DNA of 64,000 bases from a virus, in the IMG/VR virus record IMGVR_UViG_3300031715_000003, positions 30,225 to 94,224 of that record; one strand, 5' to 3'. Under the pieces are notes generated by a model. The model made no database searches and was not told the origin of the DNA. It saw only the letters and a program-made list of their open reading frames with translations. Position 1 is the first letter of the stretch. Every line of letters starts with the position of its first letter. The translations under genes and the position numbers were made by a program. Positions 49,101 to 55,997 of this stretch are shown here, piece after piece.

Positions 49101-49132
49101 GCGGGCGTCAGCCACGGGCGGTGAATCAATGA
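43127..49132 (+). CDS. Giant ejection/polyvalent protein (gp16 position) with permuted histidine-phosphatase domain
   Basis: 2001 aa; TSP..R, GGES, ITHS and IYFQRHAD motifs; FLAPDW C-terminal region. Confidence 0.8.
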   Translation: MADADTQGWSWGTAAPPPQGSPTEGWSWGTSAPEPPTQPPATRTVRRFGQPPQQVPIGQPAPEDQAPAGPPLKAWNWDVIRAYPTVIGSMVNSLLQTPVIPKVAISAPTTAEALQAASRAPGAPAILQHPIVQRGLDIAAGASRWALEFGRQMTAPANIGMMFGTEGVGLLPGALSKISQYLPRAISGVFSWQMLKGAYDQVPAVKQAIDKGDYAGAASTITSIGLQGLMGAAGALHLAFDTTGRFARSLEEHNANAEVALQKEAQQQTPVGQGEGTPVEGLNRPMSVRTATLGPDGSPSSYDVIDPDTGEVLHEGDYPSVANFIRQYQAQSIEGDIDKAAEQGWSFPEEPPSSPEAPAPPGEEVIPQAQAAGAGPQQEVPSVSVGEGRGAEQPATVGGGEAGVEGGAPGGEPPVPVRGVPPQGPSGLGSAQPQSAAGGTGERAGAVAGSTGSAEDVVTGETDLPLDTQGERDAKTDAKKVADVDEVNTSPKQRGEQTGAAVGEVAGVKPQPDEALAPWNLGPEIQGRPQTEVKALMDDYIVKRPDEAPPGGESFNDFSQRFIGGIQQQMADYQPGQKILNITHSIGIHTALAWSENGSPQDRSIDNQAMLDRTHMDPGSLWRMNPKTGVMTEAKNDAKPGIYFQRHADTAWDNLKPGEAVPNAADAGAPNPEVAQEPPATLPGKEEVSSVTAPVPSVTAAVLSVPPQERPPLPDRIMSAMRALEPTPGVPVSMERLRAALPDVGKPDFDSAMLQLRQNQQIYLHPHDSPMRLPPEQRATLVPSAGTNPNNLDEHYVAASERGSTPAAAAGRTSIGRTTPAKGTPEREQIESEYDRLRKAIDEQTPIVEGLQAKYDKAGYGTKTREAAGRKLEVAKDKLDGLYAELNPITKRSYRAMLEDAVESDNPILRQAAGLKLDEELGRRTGDRYSTVEKTLTTELEPIARAAAVRVEDGRAYLSPQQEEQAIRNAAVSTARNYLSFPLTAEEDIPKRMEGHVRGERLQIFRNEAQEEISAIDNLIREEGLQRSRVPNVRDMYDFEQISKAVENERKVLADRQEEKRLIEEQDKAASISLAERLEPIGDLKPTARTKGIWNGNVILGNSPFVTDGTMMMPISAVQGPKSMAGLPRKASALAEAAKTPSATPEQATTIWERSTGADLKPVQFLGADRSNKTVGSKMPAFFVNADGNIVTVDANKLAFIKSAIGADDIKASTTSTRAASPLVLFRDGKPSALLMPWKNPAITPDLAIARSGPAADKIPAGLTPEKAGERGAVAITPPNVRAALQTAGSPAAQMQQFLGARNNAARALLSTLNATGIDSRLGEKIRTFTTGERDYRVAETNQLRDVLRQQLPDPLDQEALTLLRDFKNRPNELAEFRNGTHPEFQALSPQQQQVASQKIMQMRPVIDRVLNPSPALLAADQELTNYFRAHLAEGKQLGFLDSSIPDEEYITHVFAPDQRTAGSWIGRLSRGRLGPRKFRYNLQRSYPTVLHAVLHGVEPKTINALDALGVYGEKYATTAAYHFLTTLLRSTATGKWGTQPMQRAGQIPADWVPLAPDQPLFQQKVPYLDQAGEARLASRSLYVPPDVAKAMHAITDPNFMERYAWWQNVRQAQQVVKIVELGFSIFHMKALALSAQANMGPGAAAAALVADKDSQDFLDAEKAWMRFGLTTPITGKTIEIYKALRPTSLPTVGEKIRNLPGIKQADKAAAAISHFTFGVMQRKLKVIDASLKFAAWSDSHPNATDKETAEAMRLIAKEINAVYGGLHWENMGVGRTIVELSRAIFLAPDWFYSDLATWKYALQKGLTGDAARVYMLWGAVSALLGTAALSWLWSRKLSKDPTRVILGKDREGHDVDDNLFFVGAIGDLSTLIHNVARYGALVGTARTFASKFGPVTKTAVALSSNKSARGGSDIIPRTISKSVYTGQPLPRTGPRGGRSRPPTWGEKNVLGAEEAAGNTLPVPFTVTTIAKMLANPKEHYRLSQYFEALISGRQPRAVNQ

Positions 49133-49282
49133 GCCACCTCTGTGGAAAAACGTGCTGGCAATGCGGCAAGCCCATCAAGTACGGGGACTACTGTCTAAAG
49201 TGTTCTCCCCAGTGGCTCCTGATTGTGCTGGCGATTCTGGTGATACTGTTATGGTGGGCCACAAAATAGAAAAGGAGGCTAA

Positions 49283-49552
49283 ATGCCAAAGATCGAAAGC
49301 GAAGACGTGACCGTGCTCTGTATGGTAGTGAGAAAGCCGTTTCAGCCGGGCACGAAGATAACGGTTGAGGGAGCGGACGGGGAGGATCTGCGAGTCGCGC
49401 ACATACTCCTAGATATCCCGAAGCGGGGGCTGGAGGAGTGGTCAGACAAAGCATTTATGCAGGTTTGCGGCTCTGGATTGGTCCCGCTGTACGATTACCT
49501 GCGTGTAACACCCGGCATTTTCAAGGAAGGACCGTTGGTACCGGCCCCGTAA
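49283..49552 (+). CDS. Hypothetical protein
   Basis: AGGAGG SD. Confidence 0.65.
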   Translation: MPKIESEDVTVLCMVVRKPFQPGTKITVEGADGEDLRVAHILLDIPKRGLEEWSDKAFMQVCGSGLVPLYDYLRVTPGIFKEGPLVPAP

Positions 49553-49696
49553 GTTCTATGCAGGTAACGAAATGATGAGAATATGCCGCAAGTGTGAGCG
49601 GATCATTCGGGGAGATGATATCTTCCACCGATGCGCTCCCCTCTGGCTGTGGCCTGTCATCTTACTCATGGCCCTCCCCATCGCGGCGTTCGTCTT

Positions 49697-50137
49697 ATGC
49701 ACACTGGGAAAATAACGAAGACGGCGGGCTGCTATTTGGAAATCGCTGGGTCCTCGTACACATGCCAGCAGTGCGCTTTCTTTCGCCCCAAGGCCGACTG
49801 CCTCCTGTTCCCTCCCAACGAAAAGGTCAACGGCCCGAGCGGCGGTTGCAATTATTGGGTTCCCCAGCCGACGAAAGCGGTGGTGGTTCCAGAGATCCGA
49901 ACTCTCAACAAATCGACGCTTGGGTACAGCGAAAATCTCCACGGTTTCACCTGCGGAAGATGCTTACATTTCTCACCGCGGAGGCGGATGTGCGAGCGCG
50001 TCAGCGGCTCGATCGCGGCGGGCGGTTGCTGCAATTTATGGCAACGAGACCAACAGCGCGGTAGCCTCACGGATGCGGAGCTAAAAGCCCACCTCGCTTC
50101 TCCGCGGCATACGCTCGTGCAGATCGCGCACTCCTAA
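49697..50137 (+). CDS. Tandem HiPIP-like Cys-motif protein
   Basis: Two copies of Y...CxxCxxF...C...GGCxxW. Confidence 0.6.
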   Translation: MHTGKITKTAGCYLEIAGSSYTCQQCAFFRPKADCLLFPPNEKVNGPSGGCNYWVPQPTKAVVVPEIRTLNKSTLGYSENLHGFTCGRCLHFSPRRRMCERVSGSIAAGGCCNLWQRDQQRGSLTDAELKAHLASPRHTLVQIAHS

Positions 50138-50147
50138 ATAAAACTCC

Positions 50148-50184
50148 TTGACTTAACCGTAACGCCGTGTTACCGTAGAACGGT
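50148..50184 (+). promoter_or_regulatory. Promoter and operator of the Cas7-like module
   Basis: TTGACT-N17-TACCGT; ACCGT-AGA-ACGGT palindrome over -10 and start; leaderless ATG at 50185. Confidence 0.65.
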
Positions 50185-50313
50185 ATGAAGGTGAAGGCCA
50201 GTACGGTCAAGGTTAAACTGGACGGGATAAAGTGCGGACACTGTGGGCATGCCTGGAAACCGCGCACAGAAAGTGGCGCGAAGAAGTGCCCACGATGCCA
50301 GCACAAGCTTTGA
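50185..50313 (+). CDS. 42-aa zinc-ribbon protein (not in ORF track)
   Basis: KCGHCGHAWKPR...KKCPRCQ. Confidence 0.75.
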   Translation: MKVKASTVKVKLDGIKCGHCGHAWKPRTESGAKKCPRCQHKL

Positions 50314-50314
50314 G

Positions 50315-50404
50315 GGCGACGCAACGCGTGTCAACGCGCTACAATGCGCGGCGGCTCACGTCTGCGTAAGGCGAGTCTGGTCTGCTCCCGGCATCGCAAC
50401 GTAA
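50315..50404 (+). ncRNA. Pentamer array A (18 units)
   Basis: ggcga cgcaa cgcgt gtcaa ... ggcat cgcaa cgtaa then AGGAG SD; pyrimidine at position 3 in all, C in 16. Confidence 0.8.
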
Positions 50405-50416
50405 AGGAGAAATGGA

Positions 50417-50980
50417 ATGATTTCGGCAAAATGCCATCTTGAATCGATTTCGCAGTACTCCCAGAGCAAAGCTCATCGAGTTCCGCGCAATCAAAATGAA
50501 TCTTATGACCAATGGGAAGAGCGGACGTGGCGCGAACGCCTGCATGTGTCCGAGGATGGCCACATTTTTATTCCTCCCACTGCCATCAAAAACGCGCTCT
50601 CGGAGGCGGCTCAGTACCTCTCGATGAAGATTCCGGGGAAGCGCAACGCCACCTACACCAAGCGCTTCGTCTCGGGGGTTCTGGTGGCCGATCCCATAAC
50701 GCTGCCGATCACGGTCGATGAGGTCAAGTGCGAATGGCTTTTCCTGCCGGCCGATGGGAAGCGCGGTTCTGGAACGCGCGTCAACAAATGCCTGCCCCTG
50801 ATTGATCGGTGGTCGGGCGATGTACAGGTATTCATTCTGGACGACGAGATCAGCAAGGAGGTCTTCGAGAAGCACATGGATGTTGCGGGATCCTTGATCG
50901 GAGTTGGCCGGTTCCGCCCCTCGAAGAATGGATACTACGGTCGGTTCAAAGCTACCGTTAGGTCCTGGGAGTCGCAGTGA
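50417..50980 (+). CDS. Stand-alone Cas7/RAMP-like protein
   Basis: N-terminal strand CHLESISQY, FIPPTAIKNALSEAA (cf. RAMP IPgSslKGalR), C-terminal Gly loop GSLIGVGRFRPSKNGYYGRF; AAGGAG SD. Confidence 0.7.
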   Translation: MISAKCHLESISQYSQSKAHRVPRNQNESYDQWEERTWRERLHVSEDGHIFIPPTAIKNALSEAAQYLSMKIPGKRNATYTKRFVSGVLVADPITLPITVDEVKCEWLFLPADGKRGSGTRVNKCLPLIDRWSGDVQVFILDDEISKEVFEKHMDVAGSLIGVGRFRPSKNGYYGRFKATVRSWESQ

Positions 50981-50986
50981 AATGAT

Positions 50987-51134
50987 CTCGCGGCACGTCT
51001 TGGCGAGTCGCCTTCTGGCCAGTCCAGGCGCATCATGCTCTCGTCGTGGCCTGTCACCGCCTGTCGCTCAGCTAGGCACGTCTTGTCATGGCAGGTCTGT
51101 TCGCGTCTAGTCTTGGCACCGCATCGCATCTCAA
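50987..51134 (+). ncRNA. Pentamer array B (about 29 units, two phase slips)
   Basis: ggcac gtctt ggcga gtcgc ... ggcac cgcat cgcat ctcaa GGAG. Confidence 0.8.
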
Positions 51135-51144
51135 GGAGAATAAA

Positions 51145-51348
51145 ATGGCAAAGGAATCTAAGATATCCAAACTCATCGAGGAACTAGCAGAAGAAATGGC
51201 AGAGGATCTGGTGAAGAGTTTGACGATGGAGTTTAAAAAGATTTCGCCGGGAGCGAACAGGCTGGCAAATGGAAAGCGTAGGAGCACGCCAGAGGCTTCT
51301 GGCCCAAAGAAACCTGGTTGGAGCATAAGGGGTACGAAGAGGAAATGA
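51145..51348 (+). CDS. 67-aa hypothetical protein in Cas7-like module
   Basis: AAGGAGAATAAAATG; acidic helix plus basic tail. Confidence 0.7.
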   Translation: MAKESKISKLIEELAEEMAEDLVKSLTMEFKKISPGANRLANGKRRSTPEASGPKKPGWSIRGTKRK

Positions 51349-51349
51349 T

Positions 51350-51439
51350 TTCATGGCTCGTCCGGGCCCGGCATGGCAACGCTTGTCCTGGCAGGACTCG
51401 GCTCGTCTAGTCGTATCGTGGTATGGCACGGCATCGCAA
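51350..51439 (+). ncRNA. Pentamer array C (18 units)
   Basis: ttcat ggctc gtccg ggccc ggcat ggcaa cgctt gtcct ggcag gactc ggctc gtcta gtcgt atcgt ggtat ggcac ggcat cgcaa. Confidence 0.85.
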
Positions 51440-51449
51440 GGAGAATAAA

Positions 51450-51971
51450 ATGGCAGTAGAAACTAAAAACGGTAAAGATCCAAAGCGTCCTATTGGTACG
51501 ATCTCGATCGACACACGGGTCGTTTACGATCGTCTCAAGGCGACGCAGATCGGGGAGACCGTACTGTATGCCGATTTGACCAAGCTAATCGGTCGCGATA
51601 TCCGCGGCGTGGCTTCATGGGTACTCCAGAGCGCACGGCGCAAAGCCCTGCACGACGATCAACTGGTGTTCGGATCGGTTCGCAACGAGGGAGTACGGCG
51701 TCTGGCAGACACGGAGATCGTCGACACCGGGCACGACGCCATCACTCAGATCCACAGGCGGTCGGTTCGGTCCCTCAGGAAGCTGGCCTCAGTCCAGGAT
51801 TTCAGCGCTCTCCCCCCGCAAGATAAAGTGCGACACAATGCCTACGCTTCGCTGCTCTCCATATCGGCGCATGCCACCCGGGATAAGCAGGTCAAGAAGA
51901 TCGAACAAGCAGTGGAAAAGTCTCAGGCAGCTCTGGCGGTCCAGAGGACGCTGGACGCGCTCAAGGAATAA
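51450..51971 (+). CDS. Basic 173-aa protein, winged-helix-like N-terminus, partner of Cas7-like gene
   Basis: GETVLYADLTKLIGRD...SARR...SVRNEGVRRL; same 16-nt RBS as 51145. Confidence 0.75.
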   Translation: MAVETKNGKDPKRPIGTISIDTRVVYDRLKATQIGETVLYADLTKLIGRDIRGVASWVLQSARRKALHDDQLVFGSVRNEGVRRLADTEIVDTGHDAITQIHRRSVRSLRKLASVQDFSALPPQDKVRHNAYASLLSISAHATRDKQVKKIEQAVEKSQAALAVQRTLDALKE

Positions 51972-51974
51972 CAT

Positions 51975-52149
51975 GGCTCGTCGTGGCGAGTCTTCGCCTA
52001 GCAGGTCTTGTCATGACGAATCACCGCACGTCCATGCGAGTCCAGTCCGCGCTCCTCGATGCATATCGTGGCGATTCGTGGCGGCTCCTAGCATCGCCTG
52101 TCGGTGCACGGCATCTCCCGGCGAGTCCTGTCCCGGCAACGCAACGCAA
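51975..52149 (+). ncRNA. Pentamer array D (35 units)
   Basis: C at position 3 in 35/35 units; GTC 10, GGC 7, CGC 6; ends ggcaa cgcaa cgcaa gg. Confidence 0.85.
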
Positions 52150-52177
52150 GGTATTAATGTGGTCTTTTATAACGTTC

Positions 52178-52277
52178 TTCTCGGCGTGTCTGGTCAGAGC
52201 ACGGCAGGTCTGCGCCCGGCATTGCTCGTCTGCGCGCCACGTGGCGTATCAACTCCGCTCTAAGCGCGGCATCGCAA
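52178..52277 (+). ncRNA. Pentamer array E (20 units)
   Basis: C at position 3 in 20/20; ends ggcat cgcaa gg; AT-rich linkers both sides. Confidence 0.85.
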
Positions 52278-52322
52278 GGTTCTTTATCTCCCCAAAACTA
52301 CAGTAAAATGGTCTACATATTC

Positions 52323-52399
52323 AGCGTGGCGCTGGGCCCGTCATGGCTTAGCGAGACAACGCAAGGCTGGTCTGGTCTCGGCAACGCCGGGCAACGCAT
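52323..52399 (+). ncRNA. Pentamer array F (2 + 13 units)
   Basis: ggccc gtcat ggctt agcga gacaa cgcaa ggctg gtctg gtctc ggcaa cgccg ggcaa cgcat. Confidence 0.75.
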
Positions 52400-52516
52400 C
52401 GGATTTAAACGAAGACTGGCATTTATGTTGTAGAATCGTAGTCGTAAGCGTAAGGCCAAAGGTAGGGGAAGCGTCGTGAGACGCACTCCCCGCCATCCCG
52501 CAAGGGAGGAGGCACG

Positions 52517-54943
52517 TTGAGGAGAGCACTAACCATCATTGCGCTCCTGCTGGGTGCGGCAGTGCACGCCGCCGCCCAGTACGGCCTCGCGCCAGCCTTT
52601 GATCAACAATTTTTCAGCAACACCGGCTTGCCGCTCATCGGCGGCCAAATCTACACCTGCTACGCCGGAACCTCCTGCCCCGGCAATCCGCTGGCCAGCT
52701 ATACCGATTCCACCGGCGCAGTCCAGAACTCCAATCCCGTGGTCCTCGATGGATTCGGCCGCGCCTCCATCTGGCTAACGTGCAGTCTCGCGTACAAGCT
52801 CGTTCTTCAAGATGCCATGGGGAATACGCTCGTCACCTCCGACAACCAAACTTGCGGATCCGGTGGTGGCGGAGGCGGTGGAACCAACTACTGGACTCTG
52901 TCGGGGAGCACGATCTACAACAACAACGGTGGTGGCACGGAACCTCCGGGCGGCGCAGGCAACGTTCAGGTAGGGGCGGATTTCATCGCGGGCGGAAACC
53001 TGTGGGCCGGACAATCGCTCCGGATTGCCTCCAGTACCGCGCCTAACCACTTCATATTGCGGGCCAACAGCGGCATGGCTAGTGATGTGACGTGGCGGTG
53101 GGCCCAGCAGGACGCTATGGGGTGCTTGGCCAGCGACGGAATGGGCAACCTCAGCTTTCAGGCGTGCGGGGCAGGCTTGACCCCTGGAGGCTCAAATGGA
53201 AACGTGCAGTTCAACAGCAACGGGTATTTTGGGGGGAATTCCAACTTCAACTGGAACAATACGAGCCAACTCCTTACTGTCGTTGCGCAGACCAGTAGCG
53301 TAGCGGGGATTGCGGTTGGAACCGGCTACGTCCAGGCCGATGCGGGATTCCTAGCCACGCCGTCTACAGCGACGCAATACGATGTGGTCAACGCTCCTGG
53401 CGGCGGGATGTACGCGCTGTCGTTTACGGCCGCCAATTACATCCAAAGCGGCTTCGGAGCAACTAACCCGACAATGACGCCCGGCGACTCACCGCATCCC
53501 GGCGCACTCTATTGGAACACGACCTCTGGGGCGGAGCAGGTCTTCAATGGAACTGCATGGGTGTCGCTAGGGGGCGGTAGCGGATCCGCTGGAGGCTCCA
53601 ACACCGATGTGCAATTCAACAGTTCTGGAGCCCTCGGGGGAAGTGGAAATTTCACATGGAACAACGGTAGTCGGCTCCTCACCGTAACGTCGGCATCCTC
53701 TGGCGTGGCGGGGATCGCGGTCGGAACTGGCTACATTCAGGCGGATGCGGGCTTCCTTGCGACGCCCGGAACCGCCATGGCCTATGATTCGATTCAAGCC
53801 CCTGGCGGTGGATTCTATGGGAAATCCTTCACGGCCCTGAATTATATCCAGACTGGAAACGGCACTGCCATTCCGACGCTTACCTCTGGAGATAGCCCGA
53901 ACGCAGGGTGGATGTACTACAACACGACGAACGCGTGCGAGGAACTCTATAGCGGGACCGCATGGAGTTGTCTGGGGATGGCTGGCTCCAGTTCCCCGGG
54001 GGCTCCCAACAGTTCCGTGCAGTTCAATAACTCTGGTGCCTTAGGAGGTTCGGCCAACCTGATGTGGAACAACGGCAGCCAACTCCTGACCGTTACGGCA
54101 GCGTCTTCCTCAGTCGCTGGAATCGCGGTTGCTACCGGATTTGTTCAGGCAGATGAAGGATTTATCGCAACCTCCGGAACGGGCACCCAGTACAACGTCA
54201 TTCAGGCTCCTGGCGGAGGAATGGCCGCGAAGTCTTTCACGGCCGCGAACTACATCCAGACGGGGAGCGGCACCGTAAACCCCACCGCCACCACGGGCGA
54301 TACCTTCAACCCGGGCGCGCTTTACTACAATACAGCGAACGCCTGCGAAACCCTCTACAACGGGTCGGCTTGGGCCTGCATAGGGGGAGGATCAGGGGGA
54401 GGGCCATTCCCGTCGACATACTTTATCCCCGCAGCCAACTGCGTAACCGGGGCTCCTGGGTCTGGATGGTCGATAAGCTCCGGAGGATCGGCTTCCTGCA
54501 GGTCTGGTGTCCATAATGTAGGCGGCTACATCGCCATCAGCGATACGTCCTCAACGTTTGCCAGTTTTCAAGTAGAGATCCCGCTTGATTGGGACACGGG
54601 AGTCAACCCCTACATTCGGTTCCAGCTCGCTTCGACCGATACGGCGAGCGGCCACACCATCATCCCGCAGATTCAGGTCGCCTGCTACAAGGGAGACGGG
54701 ACCACTACGGATGATGTAGTCGCGAACGCAGCGCACTCCTCGAGCACCGTTACCCTGAACGGGAACGCGAACGCATTCTGGGCGACTTCCAACGTACAGA
54801 TGAACTCCACCGATGTTACGGGTTGTGTCGGTGGCTCCCTCATGCAGGTCACGGTCGGTCGCGCTACCGACACGGCGACCAGCGCGGAATTCTACGGCGC
54901 CACCATTACGTTCCCGCGATCGATCATGGTGCAACCGGACTGA
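52517..54943 (+). CDS. Tail fibre/spike with virion-attachment domain, three internal repeats and Sec signal peptide
   Basis: Leader ending AAA-Q; QFF..TG.PL.GG.IYT..AGT...PLASYTD.TG...SNPVVLD..GRASIWL; 3 x GGSN..VQFN...GIAV.TG..QAD.GF. Confidence 0.85.
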   Translation: MRRALTIIALLLGAAVHAAAQYGLAPAFDQQFFSNTGLPLIGGQIYTCYAGTSCPGNPLASYTDSTGAVQNSNPVVLDGFGRASIWLTCSLAYKLVLQDAMGNTLVTSDNQTCGSGGGGGGGTNYWTLSGSTIYNNNGGGTEPPGGAGNVQVGADFIAGGNLWAGQSLRIASSTAPNHFILRANSGMASDVTWRWAQQDAMGCLASDGMGNLSFQACGAGLTPGGSNGNVQFNSNGYFGGNSNFNWNNTSQLLTVVAQTSSVAGIAVGTGYVQADAGFLATPSTATQYDVVNAPGGGMYALSFTAANYIQSGFGATNPTMTPGDSPHPGALYWNTTSGAEQVFNGTAWVSLGGGSGSAGGSNTDVQFNSSGALGGSGNFTWNNGSRLLTVTSASSGVAGIAVGTGYIQADAGFLATPGTAMAYDSIQAPGGGFYGKSFTALNYIQTGNGTAIPTLTSGDSPNAGWMYYNTTNACEELYSGTAWSCLGMAGSSSPGAPNSSVQFNNSGALGGSANLMWNNGSQLLTVTAASSSVAGIAVATGFVQADEGFIATSGTGTQYNVIQAPGGGMAAKSFTAANYIQTGSGTVNPTATTGDTFNPGALYYNTANACETLYNGSAWACIGGGSGGGPFPSTYFIPAANCVTGAPGSGWSISSGGSASCRSGVHNVGGYIAISDTSSTFASFQVEIPLDWDTGVNPYIRFQLASTDTASGHTIIPQIQVACYKGDGTTTDDVVANAAHSSSTVTLNGNANAFWATSNVQMNSTDVTGCVGGSLMQVTVGRATDTATSAEFYGATITFPRSIMVQPD

Positions 54944-55986
54944 TGCAGATGAGGAGATCCATTACCCTAGCGTTGGCAGTTGGGCTTGCGGCCTACGCCC
55001 AGTACGTCCCTGTCCCATTTACCACCACCAGTTGTCTGGCGATCTCCCCGCCTGGCCCTGGCTGCGGGACCGGAACCAACACTATATTCCTGACATCCGC
55101 CAGCGGCACCTGGACGGTTCCGACCTGCTGGAACAATTCCAACAACTCGATTGAGGGAATTGGAGGAGGAGGAGGAGGTAATGGCGGTGGCTCTCCCGGC
55201 GTAGCGGGCGGAGGAGGAGGTGGGGAGTACGCCAAAGTCGTCAACCTCGCGCTCACGATAGGAGCCTCCATTCCCTACACGGTGGGGGCAGGAGGTGCCG
55301 GGGGAAACTCTGCCGGCAGCAACGGGGCCAACGGAGGCGCGACGTCTTTCAACACTACGACCCTCGTGGCACACGGCGGGGGCGGCGCCACCTCGTCTGC
55401 AGCGGGAGCAGGAGGAACTGGCGGCACCGGAACCACACTGCATAACGGCGGCTCCGGGGGAACAGCCGGGACCCACAGCGCTTTCTCCGGCGGCGGAGGC
55501 GCGGGCGGACCCAACGGTACGGGAGCGACAGGTGGCCCCTCCAATACTGTCGCCGTAGAAGCTGGAGCTGGCGGTGGAGGCGGTTCGGGAGGAGGGATGG
55601 CCGGCGGCGCTCCGTCCGCGAATAATGGAGGGGCTGGTGGTGCCAACTTCTCTGGAAGTGTGGCAGGTGGGGCTGGAGAGACCAGCGGCGGAGCGGCTGG
55701 AAACGGAGGGGGCGACGTCAACGGGGCCTCTGGGGGCGGTGGAGGCGGAGCCACATTTCTGATGCCTGGCAAGGGAGGATCTGGAAGAGAATGGGGCGCG
55801 GCCGGATCAGGCGGTGGCGGAGGCGGCGGCGGCGGAGCCAATTTCTTCGGGTCAGCCACTGGCGGCTCTGGCGGGTGTTTCGGCGGCGGAGGCGGATCCG
55901 GTTCATACGATAACGTGGACGGGGTTATGCCCGCCCCGGGAGGACCAGGCGCGCCTGGTTTGCTCGTAATAAAGTACACGAATTAG
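54943..55986 (+). CDS. Glycine-rich tail-associated protein with signal peptide
   Basis: Leader ending AYA-Q; GTWTVP...IGGGGGG...YTVGAGG...GLLVIKY. Confidence 0.8.
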   Translation: MQMRRSITLALAVGLAAYAQYVPVPFTTTSCLAISPPGPGCGTGTNTIFLTSASGTWTVPTCWNNSNNSIEGIGGGGGGNGGGSPGVAGGGGGGEYAKVVNLALTIGASIPYTVGAGGAGGNSAGSNGANGGATSFNTTTLVAHGGGGATSSAAGAGGTGGTGTTLHNGGSGGTAGTHSAFSGGGGAGGPNGTGATGGPSNTVAVEAGAGGGGGSGGGMAGGAPSANNGGAGGANFSGSVAGGAGETSGGAAGNGGGDVNGASGGGGGGATFLMPGKGGSGREWGAAGSGGGGGGGGGANFFGSATGGSGGCFGGGGGSGSYDNVDGVMPAPGGPGAPGLLVIKYTN

Positions 55987-55997
55987 AAGGAGAAAAG

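Noticed and set aside
52178-52277. Array E decode versus the 51450 gene (17/26 nt), array A versus the 50185 gene start (12/16 nt), array G versus the 9986 gene (6/12 dinucleotides)
   Set aside because: Suggestive but within chance once the window size and the number of comparisons are considered; not claimed as targets.
50904-52529. ORF-track ORFs over the pentamer arrays (50904, 50935, 51184, 51838, 51983, 52341) and the upstream extensions of 51088 and 51423
   Set aside because: R/S/A/C-rich translations of 5-nt periodic DNA; the real starts follow the AAGGAG SDs at 51145 and 51450.
53183-54385. Diversity-generating retroelement TR/VR pair in the tail gene repeats
   Set aside because: Repeats are in-frame protein repeats with differences at all bases; no reverse transcriptase in the window.
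55150-55960. GGC/GGA tandem repeat as a DNA-level element
   Set aside because: Period 3, fully explained by the glycine-rich protein, unlike the period-5 arrays.
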